Source of the DNA: Chrysomallon squamiferum
Lineage: Eukaryota > Animalia > Mollusca
Reading direction: 5' to 3'
Assembly (NCBI GenBank): GCA_012295275.1
Contig: CM022674.1
Span: 9,858,001-9,922,000, forward strand
DNA: 64,000 nucleotides
Shown here: one piece after another, positions 47,465-63,659 of the stretch
Position numbering within the stretch: position 1 is the stretch's first letter
Layout: the number at the start of each line of letters is the position of its first letter
The notes under the pieces: model-generated
What the model was told of the DNA's origin: nothing
What the model saw: the letters and a program-made list of their open reading frames with translations, nothing else
Databases searched by the model: none
Position numbers and translations under genes: made by a program

Positions 47465-50400
47465 TGAATCTCTCATTCAAGCGCTAGAGCTATGGTGTAA
47501 TTGCTAAGTACTTTGTAATTTGAATACTTACGACTATGACGTTATTGGTTGTTCGTCATTACTTGTTTTCTTTCAGGTGAACCAAAATGGCGGCGGAGAG
47601 GATCGAAAGATAGTCACATAATTAAACGAGAAAACTCTGAGGTGGTTTTCAAATGCGAAGTAATTGCAAATCCGAAACCCAGATACATATGGTACAAAAA
47701 TGGAAAAGTATTGAAAATTAGAAAATCTAAAAGAGTAAGTTACGTTTGTCATCATAAGTTTTATTTTTTATTATTTCGTTTATTTTTATATTTGTTTTTA
47801 TTTATTTATTTATCACTTGTTACTAATTTTACTAATTACTGGTATTATTTTTTCTTGTATGGAAGAAACACATAATAATCTATTAGAAAAAGAAAAAGAA
47901 TAATATATATATATATATATTATTCTTTTTCTTTTTCTAATAGATTAAACACATTTCTGGACATATTCACGTTAGAAAACAACAGTCATCAGCGCTTGCT
48001 TACACGCACGTCTGTTTCGTCAAAGGTTGGAATAAATCAGTTTCCATTTTTACAGATATATATAATATTATACGTGGAAACTGATTTATTCCAACCGACA
48101 TGGTTTAATATACACTGGGAAAATAGATGAAATAATTCATGTGTCAGTGCACATTTAATGATAAGTCAAGGGAGATAATTCTGTGCATATTTATTATCTT
48201 GAACAGTGGAGTTACTCTTAGTGGCTTGTAAACACTGACACACACAAATACAACACACGTGCATATATGTAGATAGATAAATAATGATTATAAGCGAGTA
48301 TATACATACAGTCACTAAGTGTATTTCGCACCATGACTTTATTTATTTTTATTGCAGTACCGACGAAAGCGACATCGACTGATTATACGGGAGCTGATGA
48401 TGTCTGATTCAGGCAACTACACATGTGACGTGCACAACAAACTCGGCGCTGTGAACCGAACATTTCAACTTACAGTCCTGGGTAACATTTTCTACTAACA
48501 AACACAAACTGATCGTTTCAGTTAAAAAACAACAAAAAACAACAACAGAAAAACAAACTAAAACAACAAAACAGTCTAACAAAATGAAAACAGCACAGAC
48601 ATCATTTATCAAGCAAGTTTTAATAGTTGCTGCGTTACGTAACAAAGAAAACCACTGCCACTATCATGACTATATTTATCAGTTAGCATCATGAGAATTA
48701 GCTACTTTGATAGCTGTGAAAACTGCTGGAATCATTCTGAGCGTTATATAACAGTACAGACCACTGCCACTGTTAGTTTCATGTACTAGTACAGACCACT
48801 GCCACTGTTAGTTTCATGTACTAGTACAGACCACTGCCACTGTTAGTTTCATGTACTAGTACAGACCACTGCCACTGTTAGTTTCATGTACTAGTACAGA
48901 CCACTGCCACTGTTAGTTTCATGTACTAGTACAGGTCACTGCTACTATTAGTGTCACACATTAGTACAGATCACTGCCACTGTTAGTGTCTTATGCAATA
49001 CAGATATCACTATTGTTAACGTAGTATACTAATAAATACATCTATATAGTTAGCTTAGCATACTAGTACATAGTCCTCTGTAGTTAGTGTAGTCTACTAG
49101 TACATACATCTATGTAGTTAGCGTAGCATACTAGTACATACATCTCTGTAGTTAGTGTAGTCTACTAGTACATACATCTATGTAGTTAGCGTAGCGTACT
49201 AGTACATACATCTCTGTAGTTAGTGCAGCATACTAGTACATAGTCCTCTGTAGTTAGTGTAGTCTACTAGTACATACATCTATGTAGTTAGCGTAGCATA
49301 CTAGTACATACATCTCTGTAGTTAGTGTAGTCTACTAGTACATACATCTATGTAGTTAGCGTAGCGTACTAGTACATACATCTCTGTAGTTAGTATAGTA
49401 TACTAGTACATACATCTCTGTAGTTGGTGTAGCATACTAGTATATATACCTCTGTAGTAAGTGTAGCATACTAGTACATAGTCCTTTGTAGTTAGTGTAG
49501 CATAGTAGTACATATTCCTTTGTAGTAAGTGTAGTATACTAGTACATACATCTCTGTAGTTAGTGTAGCATACTAGTACATAGTCCTCTGTAGTAGGTGT
49601 AGCATACTAGTGCATAGTCCTTTGTAGTAAGTGTAGCATACTAGTACATAGTCCTTTGTAGTTAGTGTAGTATACTAGTAGATACATCTCTGTAGTTAGT
49701 GTAGCATACTAGTACATAGTCCTTTGTAGTTAGTGTAGCATACTAGTATATAGACCTCTGTAGTAAGTGTAGCATACTAGTACATAGTCCTCTTTAGTTG
49801 GTGTAGCATACTAGTACATACATCTCTGTAGTAAGTGTAGTATACTAGTACATAGTCCTTTGTAGTTAGTGTAGCATACTAGTACATAGTCCTCTGTAGT
49901 AGGTGTAGCATACTAGTACATACATCTCTGCAGTAAGTGTAGTATACTAGTACATAGTCCTTTGTAGTTAGTGTAGCATACTAGTATATACATCTCTGTA
50001 GTAAGTGTAGCATACTAGTACATAGTCCTTTGTAGTTAGTGTAGCATACTAGTATATAGACCTCTGTAGTTGGTGTAGCATACTAGTACATACATCTCTG
50101 TAGTAAGTGTAGTATACTAGTACATAGTCCTTTGTAGTTAGTGTAGCATACTAGTATATAGACCTCTGTAGTTAGTGTAGCATACTAGTACATAGTCCTC
50201 TGTAGTTAGTGTAGCATACTAGTATATAGATCTCTGTAGTAAGTGTAGCATACTAGTACATACATCTCTGTACTTGGTGTAGCATACTAGTACATACATC
50301 TCTGTAGTAAGTGTAGCATACTAGTACATACATACATCTCTGTAGTTGGTGTAGTATTCTAGTATATACATCTCTGTAGTAAGAGTAGTATACTAATATA

Positions 50401-51582
50401 TACATTTCTGTAAAATAATTTACAGAATATTGTTTTTATAAATAATCTATAAAAGATAAACTACATCATTACCTTTATCACTTTATTTACATGCCAAAAT
50501 AATTTAGAAATTAACAAATAATTTGCAAATAAGTTACTACATATATTATTTTTTTTATGTTTATTTTACAGTTAGTTTTTCTACGGTTTTAACTGCACGG
50601 TTTCTTGTCAGACGTGTCAGAGTGTTTTTGTAATTTAAGTATTTGTGTCATAGAAAAAATGTCAAGCATATTGTTCTGACAAAAAATACTTCAGAATTCC
50701 GATATGCCTCAGAGATTTTTAAAAAAGGAACGTGTGTCAGTGAGAAAAAAAAGAATAAAAGCGACAGAACAGAAACCTTAGTCATTGCCTTGCTTTGTAC
50801 AAAAATATAAATAAATAAATACAAAGAAAAAGAGCAGTAGATAATAAATAATTTTCAAATATTGCACAATTAGCTGATAAAATTGAAAAATGATTTGTTT
50901 TTGTTTTTCTTTTTAAAACTTGTTTTTTCTTTATGTTTTTGCTCGTTGTAATAATATATTTTACGTTCTTACGTTTTCTTTTTGCGCTCGATGGTGTAAT
51001 ACAGCACATACTCTATACATCGCTATGGTAACGGTTAGCCAAGCAAAGTCTAAGGAATATCTTTTTAGTTTTTATTGTACTAGAACACAATAATTAAAAC
51101 ATGCTTGACATATATATATATATATATATATGCTTCGTGATGAAACTGATATATCCAATGCCCTGTTCAGTTTCAGTTAATACCCTGCTAAACGGTGTTG
51201 TCGCTATGTTCCAGGAACGCTAAATGCAAAATAATATTCATTATGGACAAGTATACATATATATAAAACTATACCTGACTACAATATGTACACATCTTGT
51301 TAGACGCGTTGATATCCTGTATACAGTTCTTGTTTGTTCCTATTTCTTTATGTGGTTATTTTTTCATTATTATTAACATCAGTTTGTTTCTTATTTATTT
51401 ATTATTTTTTATTAGTACAGTAATGTTCAGCCAGCATTCTGGTGGTGACATCATTTCAACAGAGAAATCTGGCAAAAGGAAACTGAAATGATTCGTTCTG
51501 ACATATCTATCTATCTATATGTGTGTGTGTCTGTCTATCTATCTGTCTGTCTGTCTGTCTATCTATCTACCTACCTACCTAC

Positions 51583-51618
<36 letters not shown>

Positions 51619-52026
51619 AAGTCTTTTCCCCGATGAATTAAAGAACAGTTGCTAAAGCAATTCAAGTAAATCGTTTTTTATTTCTGAGGTCAGTAATCTA
51701 CGTGTATGTACGTGTACCCCGATATCACAAGTTGGTGATTCATTGTAAACAGCGATTACTTTAAAATGTTATGTCATTACTGAAACGCGATACCTCTTAT
51801 AATCATGCTTAACAGAGGTTAACACGTTTTAACCAGGATCAGAAAAATATGTAATGTTGTCAACATAAATTATGTTAAAAGCACGCTATTTCTTCCTGTC
51901 CAGCAGTGTACATGACTTGATTATTTTCATTGCTATATTTTAATATAAAGTACGTATAAAAGCTATTTTTTGCATACGGTTAGAGTAGTCGTTGAAGTAG
52001 CGGCAGCAAATGTGTTTTCATATCAC

Positions 52027-52090
<64 letters not shown>

Positions 52091-53322
52091 GAAATAAAGA
52101 AAGTAAAAAAGAAAAAAAAAGAAGAAGAAACCCAGCAACAGCCCAAAACAAAAAACGTAGAGACATCATAGTTATTAATATTTGATATTAAAATCTGTTT
52201 AAATGGTGGTAACCAGTGAGGAGAGTTTTAACATGGTGTGACCTTACACTGCAGGTGACAAGCCAGTGATCAGCGAAGTCAGTGTTACAGAGAGACCAAA
52301 AAACCAGACAGCTCAAGTTGGAGACACAGTCTTGTTTGTCTGTAGAACCGACAGCTACCCTCGCCCGTACATCGAGTGGTCACGAAAACGTGACAGACAC
52401 AGAACAGAAGTGTTAAAAGTAATGCAAGGAATGTTTTGTGTTTTAAAGCTATTTACAGCCTTAATAATGTTTGAAATAACAAGAATGTCTTTCATTTTTA
52501 TTATTTATTTATTTGTTTATTTATTTATATTTTTATTTTATTTTTGGTGTGTGTGCTTCAGGAAAAATTATTTTCCAATCTATTTAAATGATGATGTCAT
52601 TTTATTTTATTTTCTAAAAACCATAATTTGTTTTTGCAATCATGTTACAGCTAACTCGGAAAACTAGGAATTAAAACAAACAAATTATAGAAAATAACGA
52701 AATTTTTTATTGTAATTTCAGACTCCATATTTAAACACTGAACTACTGGCAATACAAAGTTTTGTATTAAATTAGAACTGATTGCACGAGCCGACTAATA
52801 TGTGAACTAATTTTCAGATGTTATATTAATTTGTGGAAGGCAGGTGATATTTTATACGAACTGTCAAAATGTATCACAGTATTCTACATAACATTTATTA
52901 CAAATGTCTTAAAAATTATAAAAATTAATGTAGTCTAAACTATAATGTAAGTATTTACATGCATAGTAATTTTTCTGTGTGATTTGGAACGTTGGTGTGT
53001 TGTAGAAAGCTAGTGACAGTATGAAGTCTGAGGTGTTTGCTGTATTCAACGTAACCAAGAAAGACGCCGGAACGTACAAGTGCACCGTGAGAAATGAAAT
53101 TTCAACTAAACACCTGACTGCGCAGCTTGTTGTCGTAGCTGAAGGTTTGTAGACAAATAAGAACAGATAAAGGTTACAGATAGATAGATGAATGAATGAA
53201 AGATTAATGAAAAAAAAAGATATCTTTTACAGAGTAGTATATATACAACCACACACATGCACACTCACAGCATATACACACATAAAAACTCAAAACACAT
53301 ACACACCACGTAATCATATACA

Positions 53323-53373
<51 letters not shown>

Positions 53374-54457
53374 ACTGCGAAAACAGGCCTTTGATTAACC
53401 TGGATTTCAAAGTCCCGTCTAGTATCATTATGAACAAAACTGTGACTTTCAAGAACAAAAGAACAATTTATATAGTAATTAGCATAGTCAACAACGGCAT
53501 ACAATTTTGAAAGTGCGATAGCTGTCATACATTCTTCTCTGTACTGAGAATATGAGAATAAAGTCATTGTCATTGTCATTGTCATTGTAAACAATAACGG
53601 TAATTTGCACATAATTAGGCTACCGCCTTCTCTAGATGAAATGATAGCGCTTATTGAAGTCTTAATAAACAATGCTTCTTGTAATCACTATAGATGAAAT
53701 TATATTAATTGTAATCTTTATTGAAGTCCCAATTAATTTAATTTAAACAAGTTTAGAAGAACTGTATTTATTGTCAAACTAATCACTATAAAACAAAGCA
53801 TTTGTGTTCACGAGATCGCAGAATGTGTTCACGAGATCATTAAACAAAATGGAGGCATAATATGTCGATAGTTTCAACTTGGAGGCCATTAGAGAGGAGA
53901 GAAATATGGAGAAAAAATAGGAATCACTGATGACAGTTTCTCAGATGACACTTGATAGATGTTTAACATAATATTTGTAATAAAATATATTCAAATTTCA
54001 TGAAATTTTAATCTTTATAAACCGGCATTCTGTCTAAAATGGCAAGTGAAGACGGTTTTGACAGTCCACTGTAGGTCCGTGTGTCTGTGTATGTATGTGT
54101 ATATGTATATATATATTTTTTTTCCCCGTAGATGAGGAACTGCCGTTTGAACCTAAATGTGCTCTACACATGAGAATGCAGATTCTCATTGATAATGTGT
54201 ACGGCTGTCAGACGTTGAAACCCGTGGAGATTACGTACTGCATGGGGTCGTGTGGGCGCAGCTATTTCGTTCCTTCAGTAGTGACCAGTGATGAAGCCTC
54301 GATTCAGACCAACCATCTGAATCAGACGTGCAGGTGTTGCATGGGACTCGTCGACTCTATGAAGATTGTCGAGTTACACTGTCCGTCTGGAGGAAGAAAA
54401 AAAGGATTTTACACAACGCTTCGAGCCTGTATCTGTCAAAGATGTATGGTAGAAGGT

Positions 54458-54552
<95 letters not shown>

Positions 54553-54933
54553 GATCTCTAGATCTAATTGCATATAATTATCGGTGTTTCGATCCCGTTA
54601 ATTTCTGTCTGTCTCTCATTTTGTTCCATCGCGCAAATATATATTACCTATACGCTGTCTCTCTATCCACACATCTATCTGTCTGTCTATCTATCTATCT
54701 ATCTTTAATGTTTTTATTTTTATATGTTTTTATTTGGCATTCTTGTTCATGCAAATACATAGTACATTCATAAAAAGCATTGATTAAGTACATGTATCCC
54801 AGTCGACATTCCGCATCAAATATTTGTTGTCTTCAGACTTATTGTTTGTTTTATACTGCTTCGATTTGGCTTTTCAGGGGAGATTAAAAAATCGAGTCGT
54901 GAAGTTTCCACGGACAAGAATGATAACGCATAA
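47274..54933 (+). CDS. Secreted protein: signal peptide + two FGFR-like I-set Ig domains + C-terminal cystine knot (CTCK), 7 exons, 362 aa
   Basis: Exons 47274-47397, 47577-47734, 48358-48481, 52255-52418, 53006-53144, 54132-54455, 54878-54933; total 1089 nt, phases 1,0,1,0,1,1. First Ig: VVFKCEVIANPKPRYIWYKNGK...DSGNYTCDVHNKLG. Second Ig: PKNQTAQVGDTVLFVC...YIEW...NVTKKDAGTYKCTVRN. CTCK with CMGSC, CRCC, CP and CICQRC (11 Cys). No transmembrane segment. Confidence 0.85.
48753..48990. repeat. 35-bp minisatellite (AGTACAGACCACTGCCACTGTTAGTTTCATGTACT)n
   Basis: Five identical copies plus degenerate ones, in intron 3 of the Ig-CTCK gene. Confidence 0.93.
49020..50410. repeat. 34-bp minisatellite (TAGTACATACATCTCTGTAGTTAGTGTAGCATAC)n, about 40 copies, two interleaved variants
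   Basis: Period of 34 is directly readable; CATACATCTC and CATAGTCCT(C/T) variants are interleaved. Confidence 0.95.
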
Positions 54934-56282
54934 ATGAATGGAGGAAATAAGACACGTGTTTAGGAACTCGTCGTAGTGAACGCGTGGTATTTGATATCAA
55001 TACGCTGATAGAGAAACCACTGGAACCGCAAGTTTTGTACAGTATTTTAATGACGTCATTTGATTAGTGTTATCAAAGTCTCTGTGTAATATTAATAACA
55101 TTAACAGTAACAAAATAATAATAAATAAAATTCTTAAAAATTCGACAACTCTTTAGTGTGGAATAACGTTTGAAAACAAAACCCGATAATTAGTGACGTT
55201 CCAATTACACAGTACGGAAGATTTGTATTTAGAGACCTTAAACAATACAGTAATGTCATTATGATCAATGACAGTTGTGAGCTTTCGCTGAAGTAGAAGA
55301 AGAACACAACAGTTAGCTTGAAACGGTTGACTTTTAAAAGATTAACTGAGGCAGTTACTATGTTGCTGGTTAACAATATCTAACAAAAATAATAATAATA
55401 ATCAAACTTATGCTTGTGACTGGTTTAGCGAAATATCAAAACACACACTTGAGATTAGTTTAGTTACTGTTTTATTTAAGCGTCTAGTTATTTTACTACA
55501 GTTTAATTCAATAATTCACCATTATACAGATGCAATACTACATACGACGTATTTCCATTACAATACTGTAACTTAATTTTCAGTCACCAAAGATTATTTT
55601 AAAGATTATGATCATAACAGCAACCTGGAGAGACTGCATATTTTATAGATTTTGTTTTCTTTGCTTTTTCGGAAAATGTACATAATTATCTAAAAATCTC
55701 AAAAATCTTTACATACATTAGACAATAGAATTACACCAGGACGACAAAAATAATTAGATAATCTTATTTTTAAAACTGTTGAGTTTTCGTAATAATATTT
55801 TTTTTTGTTTCTTAGCTGAAAAATTCATAATCATTAATTTTATAATATATTCAGTGCACAACTTCTGACAGTTTCATTTTGTATTTAATTTTCCATTTTT
55901 TAAATAAAGAAAGAAAATCAGTTGAATTTAAATTGACTATAATAATTAAATATATATGTGTGTGTGTGCGTTTGTGCGCGCACACACACACACGTTGTTG
56001 CTTCTTTTTTTTTTTTTTTTTTTTTTTCTCTTTTTGTACGTGCAAGGACAACTCGACCTTGAATTATACGTAAACATCACATAATTTATCTACTCGTTAC
56101 CTTTTTCAACTCGTTTTGTTAAGTTTTCAACATGAATTCTAACACTGTTAAAGATCTACATTAATTTATTATTTTTGATGACCTGAAACGTTTTTCGTGA
56201 AGAGAACACAAAGGAAATGTGTGGTGAGATGTGACTTTCATGTTCTCATGATGACGAATGCGACAGCAGTAACACCAACAAC

Positions 56283-56325
<43 letters not shown>

Positions 56326-57160
56326 GTAGTGTTGACAATCTCAGTTACAGCAACAATAACATTTTATAAATTTATATTCATGATCTTTATGAATTATTCT
56401 AATTTTATTGGAAGTCTAAGGGACTTTGAAGGAGACGGGGTTTTTTGTTTGTTTTTGTTTTGGTTCTCTTTTTTTTTCTTTTCTTTTTTTTGTGGTTTGT
56501 TATTTTTTTGTTTTCTTCAAATAGTAGAAGATAATATTGTGTTTGTGTATATAACATTATAATTGTATGTCAGTATTCAAACTAGTGTTTCAAATGAAAC
56601 ATTTTCAGACAAAATGTTTCCAGTCAGCACTGAGTTTTTCACTGGGGGAAATTAAGAAAAGCGATTGTTATAAATTAACAGGGCGTTTATTTTGTTTTAG
56701 TGTGAATGCTATTTAAAAATAAAAAATGCTTTTTCTGCAGCTGTTTAAATGACTAACAGGAAGGAGCAGGTAAAGTTCTGTTGATAAGGCGCAGATCTCA
56801 AGTACTGATTACAGGTTGCTGTGCTAGGTTTTATTATATTGACAGTAATAAGAAGCGGCTGGTATGACTGTACATCTGGGAACAGGGACACGGGTTTATT
56901 GTTTAGTAAATATACTTGTTGGTTATAGGATTATAAATTATTTTTGTCAGTTAAATCAGCGTAATATTTATTTATAAACCAACGTTTAGTGTTATTTAAT
57001 ATAGTTTGTTATAGAATTAGTCGTGTACGCTGTATATTCATTACATCCTTGTTAAACGTTTTATATTATATATTAAACTAGTGATACAGAACGAGGCTGT
57101 AAAGAAACTGTTTCACAGAAACAGAGCATACAACATATTTCCACTACCACAACTACCTCT

Positions 57161-57199
<39 letters not shown>

Positions 57200-57396
57200 T
57201 CAACAACAACAACAATAATAATAATAATGTTAAGAGCTGCAAAAACTGTTATAATCATAACAACAGTAATAGCCAACAATCAAAACAACAACAACAATAG
57301 TAATAATAACAACAACAACAAATATTCGTTATTGAAGTATATGTTATGTTTGGTCACTGTGTTGTTTTGTTCTCCTCAGGTCTGTATATAGATTTG

Positions 57397-57458
<62 letters not shown>

Positions 57459-58166
57459 TACTATTTATTTATTTTATCATTTACTTATTTATTTATTATT
57501 ATTTTATATATTATTTTCTCCCTACATATTATCGATAAACTCATTAATATATTCTTTTTGTAGTTTGGATTACACAGTTTGTATATTTTCATATCAAAGT
57601 TAGACTAAGTCAAAATCAAATGCTGGAGGAGGGACAGACTAGAAAACAGAAAACCGACAATTTCTGTTAGTTTAAATTAATAGTTGAACAGAATAAGACC
57701 TTATGCAAATATTTAATATACACACACACACATACATATACACACACAAACATACACTACATAATACCACACACACATATACACAAAAACGCCCTCTCAC
57801 TCCCTCTCTTTCTCCCTGCCCCTCTGTGTATCTCTGTCTTCCCATCTCTTTCTCTCACCTCTCTGTTCTCACTGGGAGTAAAGTTTGACACAATCATAAA
57901 ACAGAGAGAGTGTATTCAGGTTCTAAACTTTCCAGGATATCTATTTCAATGCTCAACCATAAATTAGAAACAAAGCAGTATCTGTAGTGTAGGGTGTCTG
58001 TTTCATTTCTGTAAGGTTTACTTATAGTGGAATAATAATAAAATGAGTTGTCACGTGAGGTATGTCTCGAATGCAAATCGGATAGCTCCTGGTATCACAG
58101 TTCACGGTGTGGTGCAAACATCTTCAGTCTGTCGTCAACTCGAAGACACGAGCAGAAAGTTTTCAA

Positions 58167-61763
<3,597 letters not shown>

Positions 61764-63156
61764 TGGTTAAAAAGAAATAATAATTAAAAAGAAATTGAAA
61801 AAAAAAAGGAGAGAAAAGTTTGAAAAAGACATAAAAAAGTTTACGTTCAGAAGTATGATTTATTATGGATACATATATTACATCTATTGGTAATTTGTTA
61901 ACAAAAAGAACGATCAGAGAGACACTGCAACTGTGTTAATCTTACACAGGTCACAGATTTTTATAGATGTGCGTATTTTTTATTTTTTATTTTTTTTAAT
62001 GTCTTTTCATTAGATAGAATCAAAGGATTTAGTTTTTTTATGAGAGTATCTTTGTTGTTGTTGGTTTGCTTGTTTTAAATGCTAAAAAAAAGAAAAGATA
62101 TCAAACGTGTGAAGAAAATCTATCTCTGTGATTACATTAATTGTTAAAATTGTTTCTGTTTCATTACATATATTATTCTACCGTATCTTATTGAAATATA
62201 CTTCATATTCGATAGGAATTAAAATTATAATTAACAAATATTTGTACAAAATTAGCTAAAACTGTATTTAAAATTTTGGCAAATATACACTTGCTTTGAT
62301 TTATTGACATTGAGAAACTGTATTTAATTATTCGCTTGGAAAATACATACAGGAATATAGACAAAACTTGTTAATTTTCATTGCATAAACCTGGCCACTA
62401 TGAGTCGAACTTAGAAATTTTGTTCTCTGGAGTAAACTCATAAGGGTAATTTGGACTAAGCGAAAATTATTAGAGGGTGATAAGCCATGTAATGCAGTGG
62501 CACTTTTCAGACATTTAGTCTACTTAAGGGTTCAAGCTGAATATTTTACCGCATTAGAACGGCTCAGTAAAAGAGAAAAATTCTTAAAACTGGTGTTTCG
62601 AGGGCATCTTTGCCTCATGCACTGACATTATATATCGGCTATGATAACTGATGGTTAGAAATGCATAGAAGTCTTACATGCTTTTTTTCACTGCAATGAA
62701 ACGCGAAAACTTCTTAAACAAATTGAACCTAGCTTCCAAAAAACAGTAACAAACAAATAGCTGTAATATAGAACTATATTAATTGTGAGGGTTTGGTCTG
62801 CCATAAGTCTAAGTCCAACAGCCTTTAATGGTCAAAATAAATTTCTTTTTGCTAAGATCAAAGTTTAGTGAATGCTGTTATAAGCTTAATACTTCTTCGG
62901 GGACAATGATATAAAACTGATTTCTGAAAAGTGCTTGCAAAATATTGAAGAAAATAGACAAAACTTGTTAATTTTCATAAACCATCAAGATGCATTTAAA
63001 CATCTGCGCGACAAAAATTGAACTTAGAAAAATAATAATATATATACATACATACATGTGTATAACAAAATTATAATAACAGATGAGAAAAAAGACTGTG
63101 TACCTCAGACAATACTCACGCATACTTATGTATGTAGTACGTATGTAGTATGTATG

Positions 63157-63188
<32 letters not shown>

Positions 63189-63659
63189 CTGTGATGAGTT
63201 TTTTCCAGATTTTTTATATACATATTCACAACAATATTTAAGATTTGAAATAAAACATGAATGATTTTGAAATGTATCGAAATACGTATTTAATAGATTT
63301 ATGCAAAATACAAGAAAAAGAACAATTAAGATATTCTCCGCATTCTGAATGTTAATTCTTAAAACATGGTAGAAATTTAACTACATATTCAAACTGGTGA
63401 GAGACATTCAGTGATATTTAAGTAACTTCCTGGTCGTCAGAAGAATAAGAAAAACCTGTTTATTATAGAGAGTCATTTACAGTGACACAGCGTTTATTTG
63501 AAATACATGAGCCTTGACGAGTGTTGCGTTATGTATGTCGGGTATTCTGGAGTCGTGTCAAATACACCGAGCTGAATGTGTATGTAGCTAATATTAAAGG
63601 AGGAAAATTTGGGACACATATTTATGTACATATTCAAACTACTAATCGCGAATTTTGAG

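Noticed and set aside
44360-50410. Regular 26-35 bp repeats as a CRISPR array
   Set aside because: Units are head-to-tail with no unique spacers, there are no cas genes, and the context is eukaryotic.
52419-54131. Mutually exclusive IIIb/IIIc-like alternative exon for the second Ig domain
   Set aside because: I found only one exon with a DxGxYxC half-domain; the other candidate acceptors (about 52721 and 52817) hit stops within a few codons.
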